The position numbers and the translations under genes are program-made. A stretch of 64,000 nt of DNA from Bacteroidales bacterium (GTDB taxonomy: Bacteria > Bacteroidota > Bacteroidia > Bacteroidales > WCHB1-69), in the NCBI GenBank assembly GCA_017651425.1, contig JAGCCZ010000001.1, positions 6,222-70,221 on the forward strand. The letters are read 5' to 3'. Below are positions 1-10,126 of this stretch, in pieces (positions within the stretch are counted from its first letter, which is position 1; each line of letters opens with the position of its first letter). The notes under the pieces are model-generated. The model did not search any database and had not been told where the DNA came from. It saw nothing but the letters and a program-made list of their open reading frames with translations.

Positions 1-594
1 GATAACACCTGCCGTGGAAAGCGTAATGCGCGTGGGAGAGAGGCCAAAACCCTTGGGGTCGGTCAGCTTGTCGATGGCTGTCATCACATTGTCGAAGTTC
101 AGCAGCGGCTCGCCCATGCCCATGAAGACGATGTTGGAGATGCTGTTCCCATACAGCCTCTTGGCGCGGGCGTTCATCAGCACATACTCGTCCACAATCT
201 CAGCATAGTGCAGATTTCGTTTGAAGCCCATCGTGCCGGTGGCGCAGAAGGAGCAGTGCAAGGGACAGCCCACCTGCGAGGAGACACATGCCGTGACGCG
301 GTCACCGGAGGGGATGAGCACACCCTCCACCAAAAGCCCGTCATGGAGCTTGAGGGCAAATTTGGCCGTCTTGTCGCGACTTTGCACCTCCTGGTCTATG
401 ACGGTGCGTGCGAAGGCGAACTGTTCCGCCAACTTCGAGCGCAACGCCAACGAGAGGTCGGTCATCTCGTCAAAGGATCCGACACCCCGCTGCCACAGCC
501 ACGTCCAGATCTGCTTGGCCCGGAATTTCTTTTCTTGAATGGAGAAGAGGAATTGCTCCAACTCCTCGTATGTAAGGGTGCGAATATCGGTCAT
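1..594 (-). CDS. rlmN: Radical-SAM rRNA/tRNA adenine-C2 methyltransferase RlmN, N-terminal ~198 codons; the 3' end runs off the window
   Basis: Absent from the ORF track because it is open at the window edge. My reverse-strand translation from ATG 594..592 gives MTDIRTLTYEELEQFLFSIQEKKFRAKQIWTWLWQRGV...SSQVGCPLHCSFCATGTMGFKRNL...FMGMGEPLLN, which has the CxxxCxxC radical-SAM motif. Confidence 0.9.
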   Translation of the reverse strand, partial: MTDIRTLTYEELEQFLFSIQEKKFRAKQIWTWLWQRGVGSFDEMTDLSLALRSKLAEQFAFARTVIDQEVQSRDKTAKFALKLHDGLLVEGVLIPSGDRVTACVSSQVGCPLHCSFCATGTMGFKRNLHYAEIVDEYVLMNARAKRLYGNSISNIVFMGMGEPLLNFDNVMTAIDKLTDPKGFGLSPTRITLSTAGVI

Positions 595-599
595 GGTCG

Positions 600-2033
600 T
601 TATTTTTCTTGAGCGGTATGTTTTAGTATGATGTTGATTTCAGGATATTTGCGGGCAAGATGCTGTGCCGTGCGCTCGGCAAAGAAGACGGAGCGGTGCT
701 GGCCGCCCGTACAGCCAAAGCTGACCATCAGGTGGTCGAAACGGCGTGTCAGGTAGTTGTCCACCGCCGCATCGACAAGGGCGAACACATGCTGCTCAAA
801 GTCGTGAACCTCGGGACAGGCGAGCAGATACTCCTGCACACAGGCATCGCGACCCGTGAAGGTGCGGAAACGGGGTTCGCGGCCAGGGTTAGGCAGGGCG
901 CGACAGTCGAAAACGAAGCCGCCGCCATTGGGTGAAGGGTCCTGCGGGATGGCAGCCTTGAAGGAGAAACTCTGCACCCGCACGGTCAACGTGGTTCCCG
1001 GCTGGTAAGGCTTCCCGAAATCGGAGGCTATGATTGCCCGCATGGCGGAGGTGAGCTCCGGCAACTCCATGGGCAACTCATAGTGGTCCAGGATGCCCTG
1101 CAAGTTGCGGACTGCAAACGGGATGCTCTGCAGGAAATGCGATTTACGCTCAAAGTAGCCCCGATAGCCATACGCGCCCATCGCCTGGAGAATACGGATA
1201 AGCACAAAGCCCTGAAAATAGGAGGCAAATGTTTTGCGGTCAACGGGCATGCGCTCCGAAAGGGCATCAAGATAGACGTTGAGCAGGTGTTCCCGCAAGG
1301 CGGGCGACAGGTCGGCCCGGACCTGATAGAGCAACGAAGCGAGGTCGTATTGCAACGCCCCCTTGCGCCCTCCCTGATAGTCGATGAAATAGACCTCCCC
1401 GTCCTTCAGCATGATGTTGCGCGACTGGAAATCGCGATAGAGGAAATAGTCGCTCTCAGCGGTCAACAGATAGTCCATCAAGGTGTTGAAGTCGTCTTCC
1501 AAGCGCTGTTCGTTGAAGGGGACGTTGGCGAGCTTCAGAAAGAAGTATTTGAAGTAGTTAAGGTCCCACTGCATCGACTGCCGGTCGAAGGCGGCGCGGG
1601 GGTAAGCCACAGAGAAGTCGAGGCCCTCCTTGCCGGAGAGCTGCAGGGCGGGCAGGGCGCGCACAGCCTTCTCGTAGTAGGTAACCGTCTCCTGCGACGG
1701 GCCGTTCTCGGTCCGGTTGGCAAAGAGATGGTCGTAGAGGGTGACATTGCCGAGGTCGCTTTGCAGGTAGTGCATGTTGTCGGGCGCGACGGCGAGAAGC
1801 GTGGGCACCGGGAACCCCTTTTCCGTGAAAAAGCGGGTGTAAGTAAAGAAGGCGCGGTTCTCCTCAATGTCGTCGTTGAAGGCCCCGATGAGGGTGCTGC
1901 CGTCCTGCAGGGCGATGCGATAGTAGGCACGATGCGAGCCCGACTTGGGCAAAGCCGTGATGTCGGTCACGGTCTGGTTCTTCAAAGACTGCGCCAGGGT
2001 GCGCAGGAGTTCGGTGTTGGGGGCGTTTTCCAT
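600..2033 (-). CDS. APH/AmgK-type phosphotransferase-like kinase domain fused to a RapZ C-terminal domain
   Basis: 477-aa ORF with ATG at 2033. The N-terminal part is kinase-like (RDFQSRNIML...FIDYQGG). The C-terminal ~130 aa match the E. coli RapZ C-domain by eye: LPNP, TGRD..VQEYL, GCTGGQHRSVFFAE. Confidence 0.75.
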   Translation of the reverse strand: MENAPNTELLRTLAQSLKNQTVTDITALPKSGSHRAYYRIALQDGSTLIGAFNDDIEENRAFFTYTRFFTEKGFPVPTLLAVAPDNMHYLQSDLGNVTLYDHLFANRTENGPSQETVTYYEKAVRALPALQLSGKEGLDFSVAYPRAAFDRQSMQWDLNYFKYFFLKLANVPFNEQRLEDDFNTLMDYLLTAESDYFLYRDFQSRNIMLKDGEVYFIDYQGGRKGALQYDLASLLYQVRADLSPALREHLLNVYLDALSERMPVDRKTFASYFQGFVLIRILQAMGAYGYRGYFERKSHFLQSIPFAVRNLQGILDHYELPMELPELTSAMRAIIASDFGKPYQPGTTLTVRVQSFSFKAAIPQDPSPNGGGFVFDCRALPNPGREPRFRTFTGRDACVQEYLLACPEVHDFEQHVFALVDAAVDNYLTRRFDHLMVSFGCTGGQHRSVFFAERTAQHLARKYPEINIILKHTAQEK

Positions 2034-2052
2034 GAAAGGTTATTAGAAAGTG

Positions 2053-2060
2053 CAAATGTA
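2053..2060 (-). promoter_or_regulatory. Bacteroidetes -7 box TAnnTTTG (TACATTTG) for the kinase/rlmN operon
   Basis: The box lies 19 nt upstream of the ATG at 2033. The same TATGTACATTTG context recurs upstream of yicC. Confidence 0.55.
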
Positions 2061-2102
2061 CATAAATTTCAAATATACACAGGCACATGAAATTGCCGTA
2101 TG

Positions 2103-2128
2103 TATAGACGTGCCGCGGCACGTCTATA
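2103..2128. repeat. Perfect 26-bp palindrome TATAGACGTGCCGCGGCACGTCTATA
   Basis: Read directly. It belongs to an AGACG..CGTCT hairpin family also seen at 26330-26357 and 28688-28717. It lies between the C10 terminator and the kinase promoter. Confidence 0.8.
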
Positions 2129-2143
2129 TGAATAGGAAAGATA

Positions 2144-2173
2144 CAAAAAAGGAGAGCTTCACGCTCTCCTTTT
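2144..2173 (-). terminator. Rho-independent terminator downstream of the C10 peptidase gene, possibly bidirectional
   Basis: GGAGAGC/GCTCTCC stem with a 5-nt loop. It is followed by TTTTTTG on the minus strand and by TTTT on the plus strand. Confidence 0.7.
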
Positions 2174-2196
2174 CCATATATAATATATTGTATCGC

Positions 2197-4467
2197 TTAT
2201 TCGACGATGAATTTGCGGATCACCTTGCCGTTCTCGTTCTGGAGGTTGAGGAAGTAGAATCCGCTGGCGAGGCCGCTGACAGAGATGTCGTGGGTCTCGG
2301 TGCCGCCGCCGAAGGAGATCTGCTCGGTGCGCACAATCTTGCCTGTCATGTCCACCACAGTGGCTTTGAAGTTCTGGGCTTGTTCGCCCTCGATGGCCAC
2401 GTGAAGCACGCTGGAAACGGGATTCGGGTAGGTGGTCACGTTGGCAATGTCGCTATGCTCGTCAATACCGGCGATTTTCCAGAATTCCATTTCAAAACCT
2501 TCACCTTCAAGCCAGTTGTCGGTGTTGAACTTGATTTGGATTCTTGAGGCGTTTGCATTGATGACACCCATGGGAGGATTTTCGGCATCGAAGTGGGCCA
2601 AAATAGGATAGTCGTTACCGGAGGTGCTATAGACATCGATGAAATCACCACCCTTGAGGTCGAATTTTCTGAAATAGAGTGCATAACCGGCGGCCTGGGG
2701 CACACGAAGTTGCCAAGAGCAGGAGTGGAGAGCCTTGTAGGGGTTGTCGTTGCCTTGCTCGTTGTTGGGCTTGTCCGTGAACACACCAAACCATTGGTCG
2801 GTATTGATGGGAGCCGTCACGGCAGCACAACCGGAAGTGGTGATGTTGGTGGCCTCAAATCTGAGCACGAAGCCATAGTCGGTCAGGCTGTCACCATTGG
2901 TGGTGAAGACCACAAGGACGCTGTCCGCATTGACCGTCACGGCAGCAGGGAGGGCCTGGCCTTGATAGTCGCCATGCATACATCCCGGAATGCTGGTATA
3001 ATCGCTGCAGGCAGCCATCAGGTAGTTGCCGGAGTACTCGGCGAGAACAGGGCTGTTGGGGGTGCCGCCGTTGTAGATGATCACCTTGTCGCCCGGTTGG
3101 GTTTTGAGTTTGGAGAACTGCAAAGAGTAACGGGTTGCATCCGGGGTTGCAATGGTCCAGCTACGGGAGGTGTTGGGCTGGTATTTCATGTTGCCGGCAC
3201 CATCACTGATGGTTCCAATGGCAGCGGTGATGCGCATATCGCCCGTGGTCGGCTTAATGATGTCTTCGCTTTCGGGAGCCAGGAGGGTCATCATGGATTC
3301 CGAATTCTCATAGTTGAAGTTGCCGTAGGAAGATGTGTTCTGATTGTTGATCAGATAGAAGCCGTTGCTGCTGCCAGCCCAGCCCCAGTTCACATGGAAA
3401 TAGGTCAGGGTGTCGTCAATGGTCGTATAGCCGTCCACAATCCAGGCATGGCCGCCTTCTGTTTCGCTTTGTCCAGAGAAGAACAAAGGACGACGGGCAT
3501 CCAGTTCAGCCTTGGCCATGTTTTCCCAATCGGCCAAAGTGGCGCCGCTCTCCAAGACATCCGCATATTCTTTGAATTGGGCATCCTGGGAGAATCTGAA
3601 ATTATCCTGCAGGGCCGTGATGGCATATTCGGACTGGGAACCGGATCCGTCATGACCATAGCTCATACGGACGGAGACACCGGCATTGTAGATCAACTTG
3701 GCCAGTTCGCCATTGTACTTTTCCAAACGATCGGTCATAGCCTCGTATGTATAGGTCTGTTGGCTGAAATTGACCATCTGGGAAGGATAGGTGTAGAACA
3801 GTTCACCGTTTTCATACTCGCGGGGAATGTAGCTGAGGGCGCCCGCACCGCTGTGGGGGAAACGGTAGTAATACATGATGTTTGCCATAGTCAGGGCGAC
3901 GCAACCCACGGGCGTACGATAGTCCATATTTTCTCCTGGCACGGAGCTGAACGGACAGCGGGCGTTGTAATACGTCTCCTGGGTCCAGCGGGTGGTCACG
4001 AGAGGTTCCACACAAGGATTGCTCTTTCCTCCCTTGATAGCCGGCAGGCGGAAAGAACTGCTGGCATACTTGTCCCACAACCTGGCAGCCTCCGGACGGG
4101 CCGTGGCAGGATTCTCGTTCAGATAGGTGAGTTGCTTTTTGTATTTGTCGCAATAGAAATCAGCCGAGGTGCCGGGCTTGAAGTCGGACTCCAAAGAGTA
4201 CGCCAACACGGGGACGGCGAGATCCGTGGCGGAAACAATCATGAATCCTTTTTCACCCACCTGGAAACGGTAGAAAAGAGGCGTGCCGTCTTCGGCATAC
4301 TCGGTGTAAACGTGGGTCATCGAAATGCCCTTGCTGTCCTGCATGCCGATACGCTCGGACAGGAAATTCCGGGATGCGTTCATGGCGGTCTCCACGGACA
4401 CCATGTTCTGGGAATATCCGAGCAGGACCAGCATGACCAATGCAAAAGAGATAAAAATTTTCTTCAT
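2197..4467 (-). CDS. Secreted C10-family (streptopain/SpeB-like) cysteine peptidase with a T9SS C-terminal sorting domain
   Basis: It has a signal peptide. The catalytic Cys context VGCVALTMANIMYY matches SpeB TGCVATATAQIMKY. The His context GGHAWIVDGY...HVNWGWAG also matches. The C-terminus YPNPVSSVLHV...GFYFLNLQNENGKVIRKFIVE is a typical T9SS CTD. Confidence 0.85.
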   Translation of the reverse strand: MKKIFISFALVMLVLLGYSQNMVSVETAMNASRNFLSERIGMQDSKGISMTHVYTEYAEDGTPLFYRFQVGEKGFMIVSATDLAVPVLAYSLESDFKPGTSADFYCDKYKKQLTYLNENPATARPEAARLWDKYASSSFRLPAIKGGKSNPCVEPLVTTRWTQETYYNARCPFSSVPGENMDYRTPVGCVALTMANIMYYYRFPHSGAGALSYIPREYENGELFYTYPSQMVNFSQQTYTYEAMTDRLEKYNGELAKLIYNAGVSVRMSYGHDGSGSQSEYAITALQDNFRFSQDAQFKEYADVLESGATLADWENMAKAELDARRPLFFSGQSETEGGHAWIVDGYTTIDDTLTYFHVNWGWAGSSNGFYLINNQNTSSYGNFNYENSESMMTLLAPESEDIIKPTTGDMRITAAIGTISDGAGNMKYQPNTSRSWTIATPDATRYSLQFSKLKTQPGDKVIIYNGGTPNSPVLAEYSGNYLMAACSDYTSIPGCMHGDYQGQALPAAVTVNADSVLVVFTTNGDSLTDYGFVLRFEATNITTSGCAAVTAPINTDQWFGVFTDKPNNEQGNDNPYKALHSCSWQLRVPQAAGYALYFRKFDLKGGDFIDVYSTSGNDYPILAHFDAENPPMGVINANASRIQIKFNTDNWLEGEGFEMEFWKIAGIDEHSDIANVTTYPNPVSSVLHVAIEGEQAQNFKATVVDMTGKIVRTEQISFGGGTETHDISVSGLASGFYFLNLQNENGKVIRKFIVE

Positions 4468-4513
4468 TATAGTACGGTTTTAAAAATAATAATCTACAAT
4501 TTCAAAAAGTTGC

Positions 4514-4521
4514 CAAAAGTA
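4514..4521 (-). promoter_or_regulatory. -7 box TACTTTTG upstream of the C10 peptidase gene
   Basis: TAnnTTTG on the minus strand, 46 nt upstream of the ATG at 4467. Confidence 0.45.
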
Positions 4522-4599
4522 CAAAAAATATCAAAATGACACCTTGTTGTATGATTTTTTGTAATATATTGATTTTCGTGTCTTTAAGATTGGTTCAAA

Positions 4600-5631
4600 C
4601 TATTTTGTCAAAATATCCACACCCTCTTTGTCTGTCACGCGGCCGATGACACTTGCCTTTTCGCCCAGTTCTTGGAACAGAGAAAGCGTCTGATCCGCAT
4701 CTTCGGGACGGACGACAAGGACCATGCCGATGCCCATGTTGAAAATATTGAACATTTCGCGGTGGTCAACTTTGCCATATTTTTCGAGGAAGGGGAAGAT
4801 CGGGGGCATCTCCCACGTGCCCTCTTCCACATGGATGCCCTGGCCGGGCTGCAGCACACGGGGGATGTTCTCGTCGAAGCCGCCGCCGGTGATGTGGCAG
4901 ATGGCATGGATGTCGATTTTCTCCAACACTTGCAGAACAGGCTTCACATATATGCGCGTGGGGGTGAGCAGGACGTTGCCCAGTGTGTCGGGCAGCCCTT
5001 CGTATTGGGTGTTGAGGTCCAAGTGGTTGTCTTTGAAGACGATTTTGCGGACGAGGGAGAAGCCGTTGGAGTGGACGCCCGTGGAGGCAAGCCCCACCAG
5101 TAGGTCGCCCACCTGCACTTTGCTGCCATCGATGAGCTTGGATTTCTCCACCGCACCGACGGTAAAGCCGGCGATGTCATATTCGTCCTCGTCGTACATG
5201 TCCGGCATCTCGGCGGTCTCGCCGCCGATGAGGGCGCAGTTGGACATGACGCAACCATCGGCCACGCCTTTGACGATGGCCTCGATCTTGGCAGGGTCGT
5301 TTTTACCCACGGCGATGTAGTCGAGGAAAAACAGCGGTGCGGCGCCCTGGGCGAGCACGTCGTTGACGCACATGGCCACAGCATCCTGCCCGATAGTGTC
5401 GTGCTTGTCCATCATGAAGGCGATTTTGAGCTTGGTGCCCACACCATCAGTGCCGCTGACAAGGATCGGTTCCTTATAGTTGAGCGAAGCGAGGTCGAAC
5501 ATGCCGCCAAAGCTGCCGATGTTGCCCATCATGCCGGGACGCTGCGTGGCCGCAATGTGCTTCTTGATACGTCTCACCGACTCATAGCCGGCCTCCAATG
5601 TCACACCCGCCTCTTCGTAAGATTTTGCCAT
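4600..5631 (-). CDS. purM: Phosphoribosylformylglycinamidine cyclo-ligase (AIR synthetase)
   Basis: The 343-aa ORF has full-length PurM-like sequence (YEEAGV..., [19 protein letters not shown]). Confidence 0.93.
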   Translation of the reverse strand: MAKSYEEAGVTLEAGYESVRRIKKHIAATQRPGMMGNIGSFGGMFDLASLNYKEPILVSGTDGVGTKLKIAFMMDKHDTIGQDAVAMCVNDVLAQGAAPLFFLDYIAVGKNDPAKIEAIVKGVADGCVMSNCALIGGETAEMPDMYDEDEYDIAGFTVGAVEKSKLIDGSKVQVGDLLVGLASTGVHSNGFSLVRKIVFKDNHLDLNTQYEGLPDTLGNVLLTPTRIYVKPVLQVLEKIDIHAICHITGGGFDENIPRVLQPGQGIHVEEGTWEMPPIFPFLEKYGKVDHREMFNIFNMGIGMVLVVRPEDADQTLSLFQELGEKASVIGRVTDKEGVDILTK

Positions 5632-5673
5632 ATTTTGTTTTATTTTGAGTTATGAACTTTGAAAAAATTGGGA

Positions 5674-6747
5674 TTACAGGATAAGCATGGCGTCGCCATA
5701 GGTGAGGAAACGGTATTTTTCCGCGACAGCCTCCTTGTAGGCACGCATGACGAACTCGTATCCGCCGAAGGCGGCGACCATCATCAGCATGGAGCTTTGG
5801 GAAGCATGGAAATTGGTGATCATGGCGTTGCCCACCATGAAGTTGTAGGGCGGATAGATGAACTTGTTGGTCCACATGTCCTCCTTGCCGTTCATCTCGG
5901 TTGTCTTGACATGGCCGTTGGCATAGACGGAGGACTCGAGTGCTTTCATGGTGGTGGTGCCCACCACGACGATCTTGTGCCCGTCGTCCTTGGCCTTGTT
6001 GATGGTGTCGGCCACTTCGGCACGGATGATCATTCGTTCGGAGTCGGCCTTGTGCTTGGAGAGGTCCTCAACATCGATGTCGGTGAAGTTGCTCAATCCC
6101 GCATGAAGGGTGATGTAAGTGGTCTCTATCCCTTTGAGTTCCATTCTCTTGAGGAGTTCTCGGCTGAAATGGAATCCTGCGGCGGGAGCCACCACGGCAC
6201 CCTCTTCGGAAGCATAGATGGTCTGATAGTCGTTCTCGTCTTCCGGTTCGATCTCGCGCAGGCGCTGAATGTCGTCGGGCACGGGTGTGGTGCCTATGTC
6301 CATCAGCTTCTGCTTGAAGGCATCATGGTCGCCATCGAAGAGGAAGCGGAGCGTTCTTCCGCGGGAGGTGGTGTTGTCAATGACCTCGGCCACCAAGCTG
6401 TCGTCCTCGCAAAAACAGAGTTTGTTGCCGATGCGGATTTTACGGGCGGGGTCCACTAAGACATCCCACAGCCGGCTTTCGGCATCCAACTCACGCAACA
6501 GGAAGACGCGGATTTTGGCACGGGTCTGCTCCTTTTCGCCGTACAGGAGCGCCGGGAAGACGCGCGTATTGTTCATCACGAACATATCGCCTTCGTCAAA
6601 ATAATTAATGACATCCTTAAACAACTTGTGCTCAATCGTTTTAGTCTTACGATCCAGCACCATCAAACGGGCTTCGTCCCGTTCTTGCACAGGATGAAGG
6701 GCAATCAACTCCTGTGGCAAATAGTACTTGAATTCTGATAATTTCAT
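5674..6747 (-). CDS. queA: S-adenosylmethionine:tRNA ribosyltransferase-isomerase
   Basis: [19 protein letters not shown] is a typical QueA N-terminus. The track ORF starts at a TTG (6768) that overlaps the promoter box, so I start at ATG 6747. Confidence 0.9.
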   Translation of the reverse strand: MKLSEFKYYLPQELIALHPVQERDEARLMVLDRKTKTIEHKLFKDVINYFDEGDMFVMNNTRVFPALLYGEKEQTRAKIRVFLLRELDAESRLWDVLVDPARKIRIGNKLCFCEDDSLVAEVIDNTTSRGRTLRFLFDGDHDAFKQKLMDIGTTPVPDDIQRLREIEPEDENDYQTIYASEEGAVVAPAAGFHFSRELLKRMELKGIETTYITLHAGLSNFTDIDVEDLSKHKADSERMIIRAEVADTINKAKDDGHKIVVVGTTTMKALESSVYANGHVKTTEMNGKEDMWTNKFIYPPYNFMVGNAMITNFHASQSSMLMMVAAFGGYEFVMRAYKEAVAEKYRFLTYGDAMLIL

Positions 6748-6765
6748 TGTGAAAAAATTGGCCTG

Positions 6766-6773
6766 CAAAGATA
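6766..6773 (-). promoter_or_regulatory. -7 box TATCTTTG upstream of queA
   Basis: Lies 18 nt upstream of ATG 6747. Confidence 0.55.
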
Positions 6774-6853
6774 CAACAAAAAAGCACTTTTGTCAAGTGT
6801 TTTTTTGAGATTTTTGAAAGAAAAACATTTTTTAACGTTCGGCCACTCGGAAA

Positions 6854-7720
6854 TTATTCCTTCCGCAAGCGCCTGTGGTTGAGGAAGCGGTTTTCCTGGC
6901 TGATGGCGCGCAACCGCTCCACCGTTTCCGGCGAGAAGAAAGATTCCGCCACTTTTTCCTCCAAGTAATCGATTGCCAGATCGTTAGGATGGCAGAGATC
7001 CTTGGCGTAAAAACGATAGTCGCGCAAGTCGTCCACCAAATATTCGTACGACGGGAAATAGAAGGTGCTTTCCTGGTCCACTAACTTCTCCTCGGCCAGC
7101 AGCAACACGGCCTTGCTCAGGCTGTTCTCGTGCATGCCGTCGCCGGCGTGGCGCACCGGACTCACCGTGAACACCACCTTCATGTCGGGCCGCACTTCGC
7201 GCACCGCCTGCAAGGTCGTGTTCCACAAGGAGACAATCTTCTTCACGTCGAGCCGCAAGCGGTCGAACTGATAGTTGGGGATTTTGTGGCAATTGGCCAC
7301 GATGAGGTCGCGGGGAATGTATTTGTAGCAAAACGCCGTGCCGAACGTGACAAAAAGGATGTCCGTTTCGCGGAAAAACTGCGCCGCCGCCGCCAATTGC
7401 TCATCGATGTTGCGTTCAAACTCCTCGAAATTTTCACGGGAGAACTTACCATGATGCGCAAAACTCACCCACAAATCCCTGTTTTTCAAAAAATAACGGT
7501 CCTTGTCGAAAGATTCGGGATGCATCAGAAGCCTAAGCGCATGATCAATGGAAACAGGGTTGAACAGCACGCCGAACGGATTAGAGCAGACCTGAAAACG
7601 ATGACGGTAGAAATAGCTGCCGATGTTGTCGGAAAAACAGGATCCGAGCAACATGATTTTGCTGTTATAATTGATTTCAAATGGGTATTCCGGAGCGGGT
7701 ATATTTGTTCTAAAAATCAT
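6854..7720 (-). CDS. GSCFA-domain family protein
   Basis: 288 aa with the eponymous LLGSCFSDNIG motif near the N-terminus. Confidence 0.75.
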   Translation of the reverse strand: MIFRTNIPAPEYPFEINYNSKIMLLGSCFSDNIGSYFYRHRFQVCSNPFGVLFNPVSIDHALRLLMHPESFDKDRYFLKNRDLWVSFAHHGKFSRENFEEFERNIDEQLAAAAQFFRETDILFVTFGTAFCYKYIPRDLIVANCHKIPNYQFDRLRLDVKKIVSLWNTTLQAVREVRPDMKVVFTVSPVRHAGDGMHENSLSKAVLLLAEEKLVDQESTFYFPSYEYLVDDLRDYRFYAKDLCHPNDLAIDYLEEKVAESFFSPETVERLRAISQENRFLNHRRLRKE

Positions 7721-7728
7721 ATCTTCAA

Positions 7729-10098
7729 TTATTTAGGAATAATTAACTTGGCAAATTTCAGCAAGAGGGTCTTGAGTCCGACCGTATCGAAGAGCACCTG
7801 GGCCTTGGCATCGGGGCCGGCACCGTCCATGTTCTGCACCACACCATAGCCGAACTTGCTGTGATAGACGCGCATGCCGACCCTGATTTGATCAAAGGTG
7901 GCCGACGAGCCCATCTGTTCGAGACGCACATCGCGTACACTCTTCATTTTCGGCTTGGGGGCAGGTGCGAACGTGCCGCCGGAAGTTTTCGGTTGCGTTG
8001 TGGCGGAACGGGAAGCGAAGGGACGGAAAGAACCAAATCGCGTTTTCGGCTCCTCTTCGCGAGGTGCGCCGAAGCCTCCCCATCCTTGCGATGCCTTCAC
8101 GCTGACATTCAGGTATTTTTCCGGGATTTCCTCAAGGAACCGGCTCTCTTCGCAAAACTGCAGGGAACCGAACCTGTAGCGTGTCTGCGCGCAAGTGAGC
8201 GTCACCTTCTTGCGGGCCCGGGTGAGCGCAACGTAAAAAAGCCGCCGCTCCTCCTCCATCTCCTGCCGTGAGTTGACGCACATCGACGAGGGAAAGAGGT
8301 TCTCTTCCAAACCCGTGATGAAAACGTAGTCGAACTCCAATCCCTTGGCGGAGTGGATGGTCATGAGACTCACGCGGTCGGCATTCTCCTCGGCGCTGTT
8401 TTCCTCGTCGTCGCTCAGCAGGGCGATGGATTCCATGAAATGGTCCAATGAGGGGAAATAGTCCTCAATCAGCTCGCCGGTGCGCTCGTCGATGCTACTT
8501 TCGGGTTCCTTTTCGATGAAGCCCTTGATGGCGTCAAGGAGCTCTTCGAGGTGATCGACGCGCTCCTTTTCGTCGGTGTTGTCCTTGAGCATCTTGACAA
8601 TGCCCGTCTTGAATGCGATTTGTTTGGCTAACTCGTAGGCATCGGTCGTGCGGAGCTGCGCGGAAAAGCCCTTGATCATGTCCGCAAACTCTACAAGCTT
8701 GTTGGCGACGGCACTGCTCACGCCGAGATCGAAGAGGGCGGGTTCCTCGACCACTTCCCAGAAGTGGACATTCTGTTCCTGGGCGGCGGCGGCGATGCGG
8801 GAAACCGTGGTGTCGCCGATGCCGCGCAGAGGATAGTTGATGATGCGACGCAGCGACTCCTCGTCGTAATGGTTGATGGTCAGCCGGAAATAGGCCAACA
8901 TATCCTTGATTTCCTTGCGTTTGTAGAAGGAAAGGCCCCCGTATATCTTGTACGGGATGTTGCGCTTGACAAGCGCCTCCTCCAACGTGCGCGACTGGAT
9001 GTTGGTGCGGTAAAGGATGGCGAACTGCCGGTTGGCGGCATGCTCGACCATCTTGGTCTCGAATATGGCGTTAGCAACCGTGAAGGCTTCGTCGGTGTCG
9101 CTGTTAGAATGGATCACCTGGATGGGTGCGCCAACCTCGTTCCCGCTCCATACCTCCTTGGGCATCTGGTCCTTGTTGTTCTTGATGACGGCATTGGCGG
9201 CGTTGACGATATTCTGGGTGGAGCGGTAGTTGCGCTCAAGCTTGTAAATCTGCGCGGTTGGGAAATCGCGGCGGAAGTTGAGGATGTTCTGGATGTCGGC
9301 CCCGCGGAAGCCGTAGATGCTCTGCGCATCATCGCCGACCACGCAGAGGTTCTGGTGGGCGGCGGAGAGTTTCTTGACAATGAGGTATTGCGCGAAGTTG
9401 GTGTCCTGGTACTCGTCCACGAGAATGTAGCTGTAGCGGTTCTGGTACTTGTAGAGCATGTCGGGAAAGTCGCGCAGCAAAACGTTCATGTAGTAGAGCA
9501 GATCGTCAAAATCCATGGCGTCGGCACGGCGCAGGCGAGCGTTATAGCGGGCAAAAATGTCGTGAATGAGAGGTCGTCCGGCCGCCGCGTCCGCAATCAT
9601 GATATCCTGGTTGTTGGCATACTCCTGGGCGGACAGCAGGTTCGACTTGGCCATGGAGATGCGGTTAAGGATAAAGTTGGGGGCATAGACTTTCGGGTCG
9701 AGGTTCAAGTCGCGCACAATGTTCTTTATCAACGACTTGGAATCATCGGTGTCATAAACGGTAAGGTTGTGGGTGAAGCCGAGCTTCTCGGCCTCGGCAC
9801 GGAGGATGCGGTAAAAGACGGAGTGGAAGGTGCCCATGGTGACAGCCTTGGCCACATCGCCACCCACCAGCGACACGATACGGGCCCGCATCTCGGCGGC
9901 GGCCTTGTTGGTGAAGGTCAAGGCCAGTATGCGGTACGGGTTGATGCGGTGCGACAGCATGTAGGCGATGCGATAGGTCAGCACCCGGGTCTTTCCGGAA
10001 CCGGCCCCCGCCAACACCATGACTGGTCCATCTATCTGTTTGACAGCAAGTTGTTGCTGGTCATTCAATTCCGACAATATCTTTTCTTCCTGCGTCAT
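7729..10098 (-). CDS. UvrD/PcrA/Rep-family ATP-dependent DNA helicase
   Basis: Walker A AGAGSGKTRVL, an SF1 motif series, and a C-terminal Tudor-like tail (VYHSKFGYGVV). Confidence 0.92.
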   Translation of the reverse strand: MTQEEKILSELNDQQQLAVKQIDGPVMVLAGAGSGKTRVLTYRIAYMLSHRINPYRILALTFTNKAAAEMRARIVSLVGGDVAKAVTMGTFHSVFYRILRAEAEKLGFTHNLTVYDTDDSKSLIKNIVRDLNLDPKVYAPNFILNRISMAKSNLLSAQEYANNQDIMIADAAAGRPLIHDIFARYNARLRRADAMDFDDLLYYMNVLLRDFPDMLYKYQNRYSYILVDEYQDTNFAQYLIVKKLSAAHQNLCVVGDDAQSIYGFRGADIQNILNFRRDFPTAQIYKLERNYRSTQNIVNAANAVIKNNKDQMPKEVWSGNEVGAPIQVIHSNSDTDEAFTVANAIFETKMVEHAANRQFAILYRTNIQSRTLEEALVKRNIPYKIYGGLSFYKRKEIKDMLAYFRLTINHYDEESLRRIINYPLRGIGDTTVSRIAAAAQEQNVHFWEVVEEPALFDLGVSSAVANKLVEFADMIKGFSAQLRTTDAYELAKQIAFKTGIVKMLKDNTDEKERVDHLEELLDAIKGFIEKEPESSIDERTGELIEDYFPSLDHFMESIALLSDDEENSAEENADRVSLMTIHSAKGLEFDYVFITGLEENLFPSSMCVNSRQEMEEERRLFYVALTRARKKVTLTCAQTRYRFGSLQFCEESRFLEEIPEKYLNVSVKASQGWGGFGAPREEEPKTRFGSFRPFASRSATTQPKTSGGTFAPAPKPKMKSVRDVRLEQMGSSATFDQIRVGMRVYHSKFGYGVVQNMDGAGPDAKAQVLFDTVGLKTLLLKFAKLIIPK

Positions 10099-10118
10099 CT
10101 CTCATTTTTAAAAGGGTG

Positions 10119-10126
10119 CAAAATTA
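10119..10126 (-). promoter_or_regulatory. -7 box TAATTTTG upstream of the helicase gene
   Basis: Lies 20 nt upstream of ATG 10098. Confidence 0.55.
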
